Shown: positions 49,009-58,657 of the stretch, one piece after another
Numbering within the stretch: the stretch's first letter is position 1
How the letters are laid out: every line of letters starts with the position of its first letter
DNA from: an uncultured Lachnospiraceae bacterium
Lineage (GTDB): Bacteria; Bacillota; Clostridia; Oscillospirales; CAG-272
Assembly: GCA_964562175.1 (NCBI GenBank)
Contig: CAZLRV010000007.1
Coordinates: forward strand, 3,071-67,070
DNA length: 64,000 nucleotides
Direction of reading: 5' to 3'
Position numbers and translations under genes: made by a program
The notes under the pieces: generated by a model
The model's database searches: none
Told to the model about the DNA's origin: nothing
What the model saw: the letters and a program-made list of their open reading frames with translations, nothing else

Positions 49009-50244
49009 ATGAGTGAAATAAAGGATATTTCCCTTGCCCAATCGGGCAGAGATAAAATAGCGTGGGTTGCGGACCATATGCCCGTGCTCAACATAATTAA
49101 AGAAGATTTCGAAAAAACAAAGCCGTTTGACGGCGTTAAGATATCAATGTCAATACATCTTGAGGCAAAGACCGCATATCTTGCGAGGGTATTGCGTGCC
49201 GGCGGTGCAAGCGTGTGCGTTACGGGCTGTAATCCTCTTTCGACTCAGGACGATGTAGCCGCCGCACTTGCCGATGAGGGCTTTGAGGTGAATGCTTACC
49301 GAGGGGTTGACGAAAAAACATATCAAAAGCATCTTATCGCCACACTTGAACATAAGCCGGAGCTTATAATCGACGACGGCGGTGATTTTACACAGCTGCT
49401 TCATTCCTCATGTAAGCACCTCGCAGATGACATTATCGGCGGTTGCGAGGAAACGACTACGGGTATACGCCGTCTTGCCGCAAGAGAACGTCGCGGAGAG
49501 CTTAATTACACCATGATAGACGTAAACGATGCCGACTGCAAGCACCTTTTCGATAACAGATACGGCACGGGACAATCGACGCTCGACGGAATAATGAACA
49601 GCACAAATCTTATGATAGCCGGCAAGACCGTTGTCGTTGCGGGCTACGGCTGGTGCGGCAAGGGCTTTGCAATGCGTGCAAGAGGTATGGGCGGTATAGT
49701 AATCGTTACCGAGATAGACCCGGTGCGTGCAATTGAGGCTCGTATGGACGGCTTTTCGGTAATGACCATGGACGATGCCGCACCGCTCGGCGATATATTC
49801 GTTACCTTGACAGGTTGTTGCGATGTTATAAGCAAGCGTCATTTTGAGGTGATGAAAAACGGTGTTCTGCTTGCAAACTCCGGACACTTTGACGTTGAGA
49901 TAGACAGGGAGGCATTGACACAGCTTGCCGATGAGGTATTTTACAGAAAGCCCAATATCATGGGCTACAGAATGAAAGACGGGCGAGTGCTTAATCTTTT
50001 GGCAGAGGGACGGCTCGTAAATCTTGCCGCCGGCAACGGGCACCCGGCTGAAATTATGGATATGTCGTTTTCAATACAATCAAAGAGCCTTGAATATTTG
50101 ATAAAAACAAAGGGTACGCTTGAAAACAAGCTCTACCCCGTTCCCCGTGAGGCGGATCTGTTCGTTGCACGTGCGAAGCTTAGTGCAATGGGCTCAACGA
50201 TAGACGAGCTTACCGAAAAACAACGTGCGTATTATTTCGGTTGA
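49009..50244 (+). CDS. ahcY: adenosylhomocysteinase (S-adenosyl-L-homocysteine hydrolase, short form)
   Basis: Motifs CNPLSTQDDVAAAL, the NAD-binding VVVAGYGWCGKG and GHFDVEID. Length 411 aa. Confidence 0.9.
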   Translation: MSEIKDISLAQSGRDKIAWVADHMPVLNIIKEDFEKTKPFDGVKISMSIHLEAKTAYLARVLRAGGASVCVTGCNPLSTQDDVAAALADEGFEVNAYRGVDEKTYQKHLIATLEHKPELIIDDGGDFTQLLHSSCKHLADDIIGGCEETTTGIRRLAARERRGELNYTMIDVNDADCKHLFDNRYGTGQSTLDGIMNSTNLMIAGKTVVVAGYGWCGKGFAMRARGMGGIVIVTEIDPVRAIEARMDGFSVMTMDDAAPLGDIFVTLTGCCDVISKRHFEVMKNGVLLANSGHFDVEIDREALTQLADEVFYRKPNIMGYRMKDGRVLNLLAEGRLVNLAAGNGHPAEIMDMSFSIQSKSLEYLIKTKGTLENKLYPVPREADLFVARAKLSAMGSTIDELTEKQRAYYFG

Positions 50245-50245
50245 T

Positions 50246-50896
50246 ATGACAAAGGAAGAAAAAGCGATACATATATGTCGGCTCTTGAAAGATATCTACC
50301 CGAATGCCGAATGCACCTTGCAGTACGGCTCAGACCCGTGGCGTTTGCTTGTAATGGGTATTCTCTCGGCACAATGCACCGACAAGCGTGTAAACGAGGT
50401 ATGCATTGAGCTGTTTAAAAGCTTTCCCACCCCCGAGCGTATGTCATGCGGTGATATCTCCGAAATAGAACGGCTTATATTCGCCTGCGGACTTTACAAG
50501 ACAAAGGCAAAAAACATCAAGGAAGCCTCATATCGCATATGCAATACGTTCGGCGGCAAGGTTCCGGACACCATGGAGCAGCTGCTTACCTTGCCCGGAG
50601 TCGGCAGGAAGATCGCAAATTTGATACTCGGCGATATATACGGCAAGCCAGCCATAGTCGCTGATACGCATTGTATCAGGATATCCGCTCGTCTTGGGCT
50701 GAGCAGTGACGACGGGGAACGTGCTTCCGCACTTTTGACAGAACGCCGTCTTGCCGCACTTGTTCCGCCGAGTGAGAGCAGTGAGCTCTGCCACAGGATA
50801 GTGCAGTTCGGACGTGACATATGTTCATCGGCAGACCCAAAATGCGAAAAATGCCCGTTTTCAAATATTTGTATATATTATAAGCATATTTCTTAA
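50246..50896 (+). CDS. nth: endonuclease III (Nth), HhH-GPD with 4Fe-4S loop
   Basis: HhH motif LLTLPGVGRKIANLILG and the C-terminal Cys cluster C-X6-C-X2-C-X5-C (CSSADPKCEKCPFSNIC). Start set at MTKEEK, 1 nt after the ahcY stop. Confidence 0.85.
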   Translation: MTKEEKAIHICRLLKDIYPNAECTLQYGSDPWRLLVMGILSAQCTDKRVNEVCIELFKSFPTPERMSCGDISEIERLIFACGLYKTKAKNIKEASYRICNTFGGKVPDTMEQLLTLPGVGRKIANLILGDIYGKPAIVADTHCIRISARLGLSSDDGERASALLTERRLAALVPPSESSELCHRIVQFGRDICSSADPKCEKCPFSNICIYYKHIS

Positions 50897-50923
50897 ACGA
50901 TAAGAAAGGAACGGTAAAGGACA

Positions 50924-52180
50924 ATGCTGATACGTCCTCTCGCCGACAGGCTTCGCCCGACGGAATTTGATGATATTGCCGGTCAAAAAAAGCTATTCGG
51001 CAAAAACGGTTCTCTCAGGCGCATGGTCGAATCGGGTCATATCACAAATATGATATTTTACGGCCCGCCCGGAACGGGAAAAACGACCGCCGCAAATATT
51101 ATTGCTCAAAAATCCAATATGGTACTGCACAAGCTAAACGCAACTACGGCATCAATATCCGACATTAAAGAAATAACCTCGCAGACCGACAGCTTTTTAG
51201 GCTCCGGCGGTATACTGCTCTATTTGGATGAGATACAATATTTTAACAAGAAACAACAGCAAACTCTGCTTGAATACATGGAGGACGGCAGAATAACGCT
51301 TATAGCCTCCACCACCGAAAATCCGTTTTTCAGCATTTACGGTGCTATTATCTCCCGTTCTGCCGTATTCGAATTTCGTCCCGTTCAGCCGAAAGACTGT
51401 GTACCGTGTCTGCGGCGTGCATTGTCAGTGCTTAACAACGAGAACGGAAAGAATATCAAGTGTGAGGACGATGTATTTGAGTATATAGCCAAGCTGTGCG
51501 GCGGTGATGTTCGCCACTCTATGGGTCTGCTTGAGCATATGTATTTTGCCTCCGACGGTGAGATCACCGTTTCTCTCGCAAACGAGTTTATTCCCGAAGC
51601 GATGCGCGGAATAAGCACGTTTTCGAAAGAGGGCGACGACCATTACGACCTGCTCTCCGCACTTCAAAAATCAATACGCGGCTCCGATCCCGATGCGACG
51701 GTGTTTTATTTGGCACGCCTGTTGTGTGCCGGCGAGCTTCTGTCGGTATGCCGTCGCCTTCAGGTCATAGCCTCCGAGGATATCGGCTTGGCGTATCCCA
51801 TGGCGGCTGCTATAGTGCGTGCGTGCTGTGAGTCGGCACTCGACCTCGGTCTGCCCGAGGCGAGAATACCGTTGGCAAACGCCGCCGTTACTCTTGCAAC
51901 CGCACCTAAATCGGTAACGGCACTTGAGGCACTCGACCTTGCCATGGAGGATGTAAAAGCGGGACGCGGCAAGGATATTCCGGCACACCTGCGTGACAGT
52001 CATTACGAGGGTGCCTCGACTCTCGGTCACGGCACGAGCTATAAATATCCGCACGCATACAAGAACGATTATGTTGCTCAAAGGTATCTGCCGGAGGACG
52101 TGGCAAACAGACAGTACTATAAATACGGCACGAACAAAACGGAGCAAAGTGCCAAAGCATATTGGGATAAGATCAAATAA
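50924..52180 (+). CDS. rarA: replication-associated recombination protein A (RarA/MgsA AAA+ ATPase)
   Basis: LRPTEFDDIAGQ, Walker A GPPGTGKTT, Walker B ILLYLDEIQYFNK, and the C-terminal MgsA domain (HYDLLSALQKSIRGSDPDA). Confidence 0.9.
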   Translation: MLIRPLADRLRPTEFDDIAGQKKLFGKNGSLRRMVESGHITNMIFYGPPGTGKTTAANIIAQKSNMVLHKLNATTASISDIKEITSQTDSFLGSGGILLYLDEIQYFNKKQQQTLLEYMEDGRITLIASTTENPFFSIYGAIISRSAVFEFRPVQPKDCVPCLRRALSVLNNENGKNIKCEDDVFEYIAKLCGGDVRHSMGLLEHMYFASDGEITVSLANEFIPEAMRGISTFSKEGDDHYDLLSALQKSIRGSDPDATVFYLARLLCAGELLSVCRRLQVIASEDIGLAYPMAAAIVRACCESALDLGLPEARIPLANAAVTLATAPKSVTALEALDLAMEDVKAGRGKDIPAHLRDSHYEGASTLGHGTSYKYPHAYKNDYVAQRYLPEDVANRQYYKYGTNKTEQSAKAYWDKIK

Positions 52181-52192
52181 AGGAGATATGAT

Positions 52193-52777
52193 ATGCCGTC
52201 GGCTATGATACACTTAAAAACGGCACTCGAATACAAAAGCGACGCTTCCCCTCTTTTTCTGATAGGAAACCTCGCTCCGGATTGTCGTGATATACGTGAG
52301 CTTAAGGACGTATCGCACTTCAGAAGCTCGCCCGACCGCACGGGAGATCTGCGCCGTTTGCGTGATCGAACAGACAAAAGCGACCCGTTCGATTTCGGAA
52401 TACTTTTACATTTATTTTTGGATTACAAATGGGACTATATAACGGAGCATGATTACAGATCGGTGTTTTTCAAGGACGGTACATTTGCTTTTCTGTATTA
52501 CAGAGAGCAGATAACACGTGCGACATCGTACATTTACAACCACACGCAAGGCTCCGATGAGCTGTGGCGCACCTTATGCTCGGTATCCGAAGCCGATTAC
52601 GATACACACCCCGAATTTCCTTCCTCCGATATCAGAGAGTTTCTTTTGAGAAACGCAAAATGGAATGCGGAAACGAAGCTACCCGCCTCCGATATATTCA
52701 CCCCCGAATACGTCGATGAGTTTATCAAAAGATCGGCACTTGCCTTTGCCGATTTTCTGCAATACGATATATTATAA
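52193..52777 (+). CDS. hypothetical protein (194 aa)
   Basis: Good RBS (AAGGAG) and normal coding composition. No motif I can name with confidence. Confidence 0.6.
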   Translation: MPSAMIHLKTALEYKSDASPLFLIGNLAPDCRDIRELKDVSHFRSSPDRTGDLRRLRDRTDKSDPFDFGILLHLFLDYKWDYITEHDYRSVFFKDGTFAFLYYREQITRATSYIYNHTQGSDELWRTLCSVSEADYDTHPEFPSSDIREFLLRNAKWNAETKLPASDIFTPEYVDEFIKRSALAFADFLQYDIL

Positions 52778-52791
52778 TACGATATATTATA
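52762..52791 (+). repeat. perfect 15-bp tandem duplication spanning a stop codon
   Basis: ATACGATATATTATA occurs twice. The first copy ends the 52193 CDS (YDIL-stop) and the second repeats it. Confidence 0.9.
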
Positions 52792-52836
52792 AAGCAATCT
52801 CGCCGATACGATGTCAGCGTATCGGCGAGATTGCTT
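52792..52836. terminator. bidirectional terminator hairpin
   Basis: 19-bp perfect stem AAGCAATCTCGCCGATACG / CGTATCGGCGAGATTGCTT between convergent genes. Confidence 0.7.
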
Positions 52837-52838
52837 AT

Positions 52839-53960
52839 TTACAGGCTGTCAAGCTCAGCCTCAAGCCTTTTCAGGTCATCCGTTATCTTTATCTTTTGCG
52901 GACATAGTGCTTCACATCTGCCGCAGGCGATACAGTTTTTCGGCTTTGTGCTTTCATCCGTATCGTTTTGCCATTTGCTTTTCGTTGCCGCCTTGTTATC
53001 GAACATTCCGTACTTGTTCCACAGTGCAAAGCTCGACGGAATATTTACACCCTGCGGGCACGGCATACAATATCCACAGCCCGTACAGCCGTTTTTAACA
53101 CGTGACAAGAACATACGCTTTGCCTCATCTATCACCGCATGCTCCGTGTCATCAAGCGGCTTGAAATCGGCAAAGGTCGATACATTCTCCTCCACCTGCT
53201 CCATGGTAGACATACCCGACAGAACCGTCAGCACTCCGTCAAGACTGCCCGCCCATCTTATGGCAAGGCTCGGTGCGGTGCTTGAGGCTTTTTCGGCAAA
53301 CAGCCTTGATATTTCATCGGGTACGCTCGCAAGCGTGCCGCCCTTTATCGGTTCCATTACGATAACCGGCGTGTTTCTGCTTCGAGCAAGCTCATAGCCG
53401 CGCAGACCCGCCTGAATATCCGTATCCATATAATTCAGCTGTAGCTGGCAAAAATCCCAATCCTTATAGGTTATTATCTTTTCAAACGCCTCATAGGAAT
53501 CGTGGAACGAAAAGCCAAGATATTTTATAAGCCCGCGGCGCTTGTATTCCTCAAGCAGCTCAAGCACGCCGAGGGTGACCATTTTTTCGAATTTCGCTCC
53601 GCTGAGTGAATGGAGCAGATAAAGATCCACATAGCCGCATTTCAGCTTTTCAAGCTGTTGTGCGAATATGCGCTTTGCATCCTCAACGCTCTCGACCTGC
53701 CAGCAAGGGAGCTTTGTCGCAATATTGTATGTTTCCCTATCGTATTTTGACAGGTACTCGCCCATAAATTCCTCGCTTTCCCCGTTATGATACGGGTGAG
53801 CGGTATCAAAATAGTTCACACCGCAACGGTATGCGTGGTCGAGCATTGCCGTTGCCTTCTCTCGGTCTATTTTACCCTCGCCGTTCAGCGGAAAACGCAT
53901 ACAGCCGAAGCCGAGCAGTGATATCTGCCGTTTTATTTTATCAAATCCTCTGTAATACAT
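52839..53960 (-). CDS. aldo/keto reductase with C-terminal 4Fe-4S ferredoxin-type domain
   Basis: AKR start ISLLGFGCMRFP and DTAHPYHNGESE. Two C-terminal Cys clusters: CTGCGYCMPCP and CIACGRCEALCP. Start moved to the ATG at 53960, after GAGG. Confidence 0.85.
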   Translation of the reverse strand: MYYRGFDKIKRQISLLGFGCMRFPLNGEGKIDREKATAMLDHAYRCGVNYFDTAHPYHNGESEEFMGEYLSKYDRETYNIATKLPCWQVESVEDAKRIFAQQLEKLKCGYVDLYLLHSLSGAKFEKMVTLGVLELLEEYKRRGLIKYLGFSFHDSYEAFEKIITYKDWDFCQLQLNYMDTDIQAGLRGYELARSRNTPVIVMEPIKGGTLASVPDEISRLFAEKASSTAPSLAIRWAGSLDGVLTVLSGMSTMEQVEENVSTFADFKPLDDTEHAVIDEAKRMFLSRVKNGCTGCGYCMPCPQGVNIPSSFALWNKYGMFDNKAATKSKWQNDTDESTKPKNCIACGRCEALCPQKIKITDDLKRLEAELDSL

Positions 53961-54163
53961 ATCATACCTCACTTTTTCATATATATTACCATAAATACGG
54001 ATTTTTGTCTATAGTATTCGGGTAAAAAAATCAAATTGATATTTTTTAATATTTTCGGAGAAAACTGTTGAAATTTGCTCGGTTTTATGGTATACTGTAT
54101 TTTATAGTACAAAATCAATGCTTTTAAGCTATGACGCAAATAAACATAAAGGAAGCTATGCCA

Positions 54164-55006
54164 ATGAGACGGGACGGAAAAAGAATCAAGAACGCAGATC
54201 CGATGTATACGGTAGCGGCTTATGTAATGGACAAACGAGTAGATGCAATGAATTACATAACGGTGGATATACCCGTTGAGCCTATGCAGAACTATATAAA
54301 CGCCAAGCGAAAGGACGATATCATAATATCGCACATGGCGCTTATCATTTGTGCATATCTCCGCACCTCTACCGAGTTCCCCGCTTTGAACAGATTCGTC
54401 GTAAACAAAAAGATATATACCAGAAACGAGTTTTGTGTCGGAATGGTCGTGCTTAAGCCGGGAGATACGGAGGGCCACGGCACGATGTCAAAGGTATATT
54501 TCGAGCCGACGGATACGATATTCGATGTTCAGAGAAAAATAGACGAATATATTGAAAAGAACCGTGCCGCAGGTTCAACAAACTCGACCGATAATATGAT
54601 AAAAACACTGCTGAAAATACCCGGTCTGTGCAACTTCGGTGTCGGATTTTTCAAGTTTTTAGATAAGCACGGACTCATGCCGAAATCCGTTATCGATCTC
54701 AGTCCCTTTCATGCTACCTTCTCGATAACCAATTTGGCAAGCATAAGAACAAATCATATTTATCACCACATATACGAATTCGGCACGACGAGCTTATTTA
54801 TCTCCATGGGCAACATGAGATATGTTCCGAAGCTCCACCACGGCGAGATAATGCTTGAAAAATGTCTGCCTCTCGGTATAGTTATGGATGAAAGAATATG
54901 CTCAGGCTCGTATTTTGCCGCCGTTTTCAAGAAACTAAGCTCCTATTTGAAGGACCCGACCTTGCTTGAGGTACCGCCGGAAAAAATACTGCATGACGAG
55001 GTATAA
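54164..55006 (+). CDS. stand-alone acyltransferase-like protein (2-oxoacid dehydrogenase E2 / CAT fold)
   Basis: It has the size and layout of E2 catalytic-domain homologs, with the motif MDERICSG at the position of DHRxxDG. Start chosen 8 nt after AAGGAAG. Confidence 0.5.
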   Translation: MRRDGKRIKNADPMYTVAAYVMDKRVDAMNYITVDIPVEPMQNYINAKRKDDIIISHMALIICAYLRTSTEFPALNRFVVNKKIYTRNEFCVGMVVLKPGDTEGHGTMSKVYFEPTDTIFDVQRKIDEYIEKNRAAGSTNSTDNMIKTLLKIPGLCNFGVGFFKFLDKHGLMPKSVIDLSPFHATFSITNLASIRTNHIYHHIYEFGTTSLFISMGNMRYVPKLHHGEIMLEKCLPLGIVMDERICSGSYFAAVFKKLSSYLKDPTLLEVPPEKILHDEV

Positions 55007-55007
55007 A

Positions 55008-55637
55008 ATGAAAGCTTTAAAGGATCTTCTATATGCCGTTTTGGCAGGTGTGTTTATAAGCATCGGCGGCTGTGTGTTTCTCAGCTGCGAAAACAAGGTC
55101 GTGGGCGCACTGCTATTTACGATAGGTCTGTTTGTTATCGTCACAAACGGCTTTAATCTGTTCACCGGCAAGGTCTGCTACGTTTTCGATAATCCCGTAT
55201 CATACATATTCACCTGTGCGTTGATATGGCTCGGAAATCTTATCGGTACATTTGCCGCCGCCGAAGCTCTTTTGCTCACACGCATCGGCAATGTTATAAG
55301 CGAGAAAGCGAAAACGATATGTAACGCAAAGACCGATGACGGTTATTTGAGTCTGTTTATTCTCGGTTTTTTCTGCAATATACTGATATATGTTGCCGTT
55401 GACGGCTACAAGAACAACAAAAGCGACCTCGGCAAATATCTGTCGCTGTTTTTCGGAGTTTCCGTATTTATATTATGCTCCTTTGAGCATTGCGTTGCGG
55501 ATATGTTCTATTTCACCGTGGCGCGTGCATGGGATGTGGATTCTCTGCTCGCACTGCTTGTGATAACGCTCGGCAACATACTCGGCGGTATATTCATTCC
55601 TCTTTGCAAAAAATTGCACGATACAAAAAGTAAATAA
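55008..55637 (+). CDS. formate/nitrite transporter (FNT) family channel, compact 209-aa form
   Basis: Six TM helices with the FNT signatures NLFTGKV and FEHCVADMFY. The start is 1 nt after the upstream stop. Confidence 0.75.
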   Translation: MKALKDLLYAVLAGVFISIGGCVFLSCENKVVGALLFTIGLFVIVTNGFNLFTGKVCYVFDNPVSYIFTCALIWLGNLIGTFAAAEALLLTRIGNVISEKAKTICNAKTDDGYLSLFILGFFCNILIYVAVDGYKNNKSDLGKYLSLFFGVSVFILCSFEHCVADMFYFTVARAWDVDSLLALLVITLGNILGGIFIPLCKKLHDTKSK

Positions 55638-55644
55638 AGGTCTC

Positions 55645-55671
55645 GCCCGTTTACGTAAAACGCAAACGGGC
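55645..55671. terminator. hairpin between convergent genes
   Basis: GCCCGTTT / AAACGGGC stem. The flanks are weakly U-rich. Confidence 0.35.
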
Positions 55672-55677
55672 AATTCT

Positions 55678-56673
55678 TTAATCAAAATAATACTCTTTGT
55701 ACCATTCGGCAAACCTTGCAAGTCCGACACGCAAAGGCGTTGAGGGCTTAAAACCGAAATCACGCTCAAGCTCGGAGGTGTCGGCATACGTTTGGTATAC
55801 ATCACCGGGTTGCATCGGCAAAAGCTCCTTTTCGGCAGGGGCTTTTATTATTCCCTCTTTCATCAAGCATTCCTCAAGAATACTTACGAAATTCATCAGA
55901 TCCTCCGGGCTGTTGTTTCCTATGTTATAGACCTTATATCTTACCCCGTCCTCTGTCACATCGGGTACTTTGCCCATAACATTCACTATTCCGGTAACTA
56001 TATCATCGATATATGTAAAATCTCGCTTCATGTCGCCGTAGTTGAATATCTGAATTTTCTCACCCTTGACAAGCTTATTTGTGAAGCCGAAATATGCCAT
56101 GTCGGGTCTGCCATACGGTCCGTACACCGTGAAAAATCTTAAGCCGGTGCATGGAATACCGTAAAGCTTTGAATAAGCGTGAGCCATAAGCTCGTTGGAT
56201 TTTTTCGTTGCGGCGTAAAGGCTGACCGGATTATCGACCTTATCCTCCGTCGAATACGGAACTTTTTTATTCGTACCGTAAACGGATGAAGATGAAGCAT
56301 ATACCAAATGCCCGACGGGATAATGGCGGCAAGCCTCAAGAATATTAAAAAAACCGATAATATTAGAGCTGATGTACGCCTGCGGATTCGTTATAGAATA
56401 TCTGACACCTGCCTGTGCCGCCAAATTGACAACGACATCAAAGCCGCCCTCTTGCTCAAATACGCCGTCAAGCTCGGCTTTATTTGATATATCGAGCTTA
56501 ATAAACTCAAATTTTTCATATTTCTCCAAGGTCTTGAGTCTGGCATATTTCAAATTAACGTCATAATAGTCGTTCAAATTGTCAACTCCGATAACACACT
56601 GCCCGTCATCAAGAAGGCGTCGGCAAAGGTACGAGCCTATAAACCCCGCCGCACCTGTTACAAGTATCTTCAT
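55678..56673 (-). CDS. NAD-dependent nucleotide-sugar epimerase (UDP-glucuronate 4-epimerase-like SDR)
   Basis: MKILVTGAAGFIGSYL, the catalytic YAATKKSNE (YxxxK), and a length of 331 aa. RBS GGAGG. Confidence 0.8.
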   Translation of the reverse strand: MKILVTGAAGFIGSYLCRRLLDDGQCVIGVDNLNDYYDVNLKYARLKTLEKYEKFEFIKLDISNKAELDGVFEQEGGFDVVVNLAAQAGVRYSITNPQAYISSNIIGFFNILEACRHYPVGHLVYASSSSVYGTNKKVPYSTEDKVDNPVSLYAATKKSNELMAHAYSKLYGIPCTGLRFFTVYGPYGRPDMAYFGFTNKLVKGEKIQIFNYGDMKRDFTYIDDIVTGIVNVMGKVPDVTEDGVRYKVYNIGNNSPEDLMNFVSILEECLMKEGIIKAPAEKELLPMQPGDVYQTYADTSELERDFGFKPSTPLRVGLARFAEWYKEYYFD

Positions 56674-56740
56674 ATTTGCCTCCTTATATTTAATTTGTGT
56701 ACTTAAAGCACTGCTTTTGAATATCTCATTTGTTTGTCGG

Positions 56741-57691
56741 TCATATATATTTTTTCAGCTTCATAAACAGCTTTGGCGAAATTTTGTATATCAGCACGTA
56801 GATCCTCGAACGCATTGGAAAATGCTTATTTGTTCTGTTCCTTTTGGATATATCAAATATCAGCTCATCAAGCACACCGTTATAGCGTACCGAAAGCTTT
56901 GCGGCGTTTCTTACCGTGTAATTAAACCATATTCTTGCAAGCTTCGCCTCGCCTATTTGCCCTAAAAATTCCGCTCTTTCGGCAAATGCCAAAAATCTGT
57001 CTCTCTCCCTCAATGGGTCTTTACTGTGCATGATACTGTCCGGCCTTTGATAATATGCATACATAACACTGTCCGAGATCACGACCTTATTTGCCTCATA
57101 CAGCATTTTATGTGCCACAGCCTCATCCTCACGGACTCTTCCCACGGGAAACGGAAAACTTGCGGCTATCCCGCGTTTTATTAGCTTAGCATATGCTTCA
57201 ACAAAAGCACATTTTGTCGGTTTGAAATTGCACAGCTTCAAGCAAGCTTCATATCCACTAAGCACCTCTACGGTCTCGCCACAACTTCTCGAAAACTCCG
57301 CATCGTCACCGTGCGTAATTACATATCTACATATACTTATATCGGCATTATATTCCTTTACCGCTTGATATAAACATTCAATGTAGTCGGATGAAATATA
57401 GTCATCGGAATCGACAAATGCTATCCACTCACCGCATGAATGCTCAACACCCGTGTTTCTTGCCGAAGAAAGTCCGCCGTTTTCTTTATGTATTACAAGT
57501 ACCCTGCTGTCTGCTTTTGCGTACTCATCACACATTTCCCCGCAGTTATCGGGTGAGCCGTCATCGACAAGTATGATTTCAATGTTTTCGTATGTTTGGG
57601 CTATGACGCTGTCAACGCACCTTTTCAGATATTTTTCTACCTTATATACCGGGATTATTACCGAAATGAGCGATTCTTCTTTGTTTTTCAT
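56741..57691 (-). CDS. family 2 glycosyltransferase (tandem paralog 1 of 3)
   Basis: ISVIIPVYKVEKYLKRCVDSV, VDDGSPD and VDSDD (DxD). Confidence 0.9.
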   Translation of the reverse strand: MKNKEESLISVIIPVYKVEKYLKRCVDSVIAQTYENIEIILVDDGSPDNCGEMCDEYAKADSRVLVIHKENGGLSSARNTGVEHSCGEWIAFVDSDDYISSDYIECLYQAVKEYNADISICRYVITHGDDAEFSRSCGETVEVLSGYEACLKLCNFKPTKCAFVEAYAKLIKRGIAASFPFPVGRVREDEAVAHKMLYEANKVVISDSVMYAYYQRPDSIMHSKDPLRERDRFLAFAERAEFLGQIGEAKLARIWFNYTVRNAAKLSVRYNGVLDELIFDISKRNRTNKHFPMRSRIYVLIYKISPKLFMKLKKYI

Positions 57692-57697
57692 TGCGAC

Positions 57698-58648
57698 CTA
57701 TTGTATGACCTTCTTTATTCTTCTAAACAATTTAGGCGATATCTTATATGAGATAACATATATCCTCGCACGTGATGAGAAATATTTGCTCCGCCATTTT
57801 TTCTTTGCGGTATCGTATATCAACTCATCCGAGCGTCCCGAGCATCTTATCGAATCATTTATCAAATATCTGATAAGACGTTTATACGATATACGTGCAA
57901 GCTTAACCTCACCTCTGCTTTCAAAAAACTCATTACGTTCCGTCATCGTTTTGTACAGATCCGTTTTGAAATATTTACCGGAGGTATTTAAATAGCTTGT
58001 CGGGTTATTATAGTAAGCGTAGATTTTTTTGTCCGAGCAGACGACCCTTTGAACTTGATAATATATCTTGTACATAAGCGCCTCATCCTCATGCCGTTGC
58101 CCTACGGGAAATGGGTGTTCGAGAGCCGTTCGACGTTTGAAGAGCTTTGCAACCGGTGTGACAAATTGCATAAACAATGAAGTATCGAGCATTTTCACAC
58201 ATGCCTCTTTTCCGTCAAGCATCTTCACGTTTGTCTCTTTGTCAAATGTGAAATCGTAGCTATTCTCCGAGGTCTTTTTAAAATCAGCTATAGCAACATC
58301 TGCATCGTTGTCGGAAAGCAATGAATACAGATACTCAACATAATCAGGTGATATATAATCGTCCGAATCGACAAATGTCACATACTCGCCATGCGACCTC
58401 TCCACGCCGATATTGCGTGCCGCCGATACACCGCCGTTTTCTTTATGTATTACAACTACCCTGCTGTCCGCTCTTGCGTACTCATCACACATTTCCCCGC
58501 AGTTATCGGGTGAGCCGTCATCGACAAGAATAATCTCAATATTTTCGTATGTTTGAGCTAAGACGCTGTCAACACATCTTTTCAGGTACTTCTCTACCTT
58601 ATATACGGGTATTATTACCGAAATGAGCGGTTCTTCTTTGCTTTTCAT
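57698..58648 (-). CDS. family 2 glycosyltransferase (tandem paralog 2 of 3)
   Basis: Same GT-A motifs. Residues 21-111 are identical to paralog 3. Confidence 0.9.
   Translation of the reverse strand: MKSKEEPLISVIIPVYKVEKYLKRCVDSVLAQTYENIEIILVDDGSPDNCGEMCDEYARADSRVVVIHKENGGVSAARNIGVERSHGEYVTFVDSDDYISPDYVEYLYSLLSDNDADVAIADFKKTSENSYDFTFDKETNVKMLDGKEACVKMLDTSLFMQFVTPVAKLFKRRTALEHPFPVGQRHEDEALMYKIYYQVQRVVCSDKKIYAYYNNPTSYLNTSGKYFKTDLYKTMTERNEFFESRGEVKLARISYKRLIRYLINDSIRCSGRSDELIYDTAKKKWRSKYFSSRARIYVISYKISPKLFRRIKKVIQ
58316..58588 (-). repeat. near-identical DNA tract shared with 59273..59545
   Basis: It encodes the 91 residues that are identical in GT2 paralogs 2 and 3, with only a few synonymous differences by eye. 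Confidence 0.8.
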
Positions 58649-58657
58649 GTTGACCTA

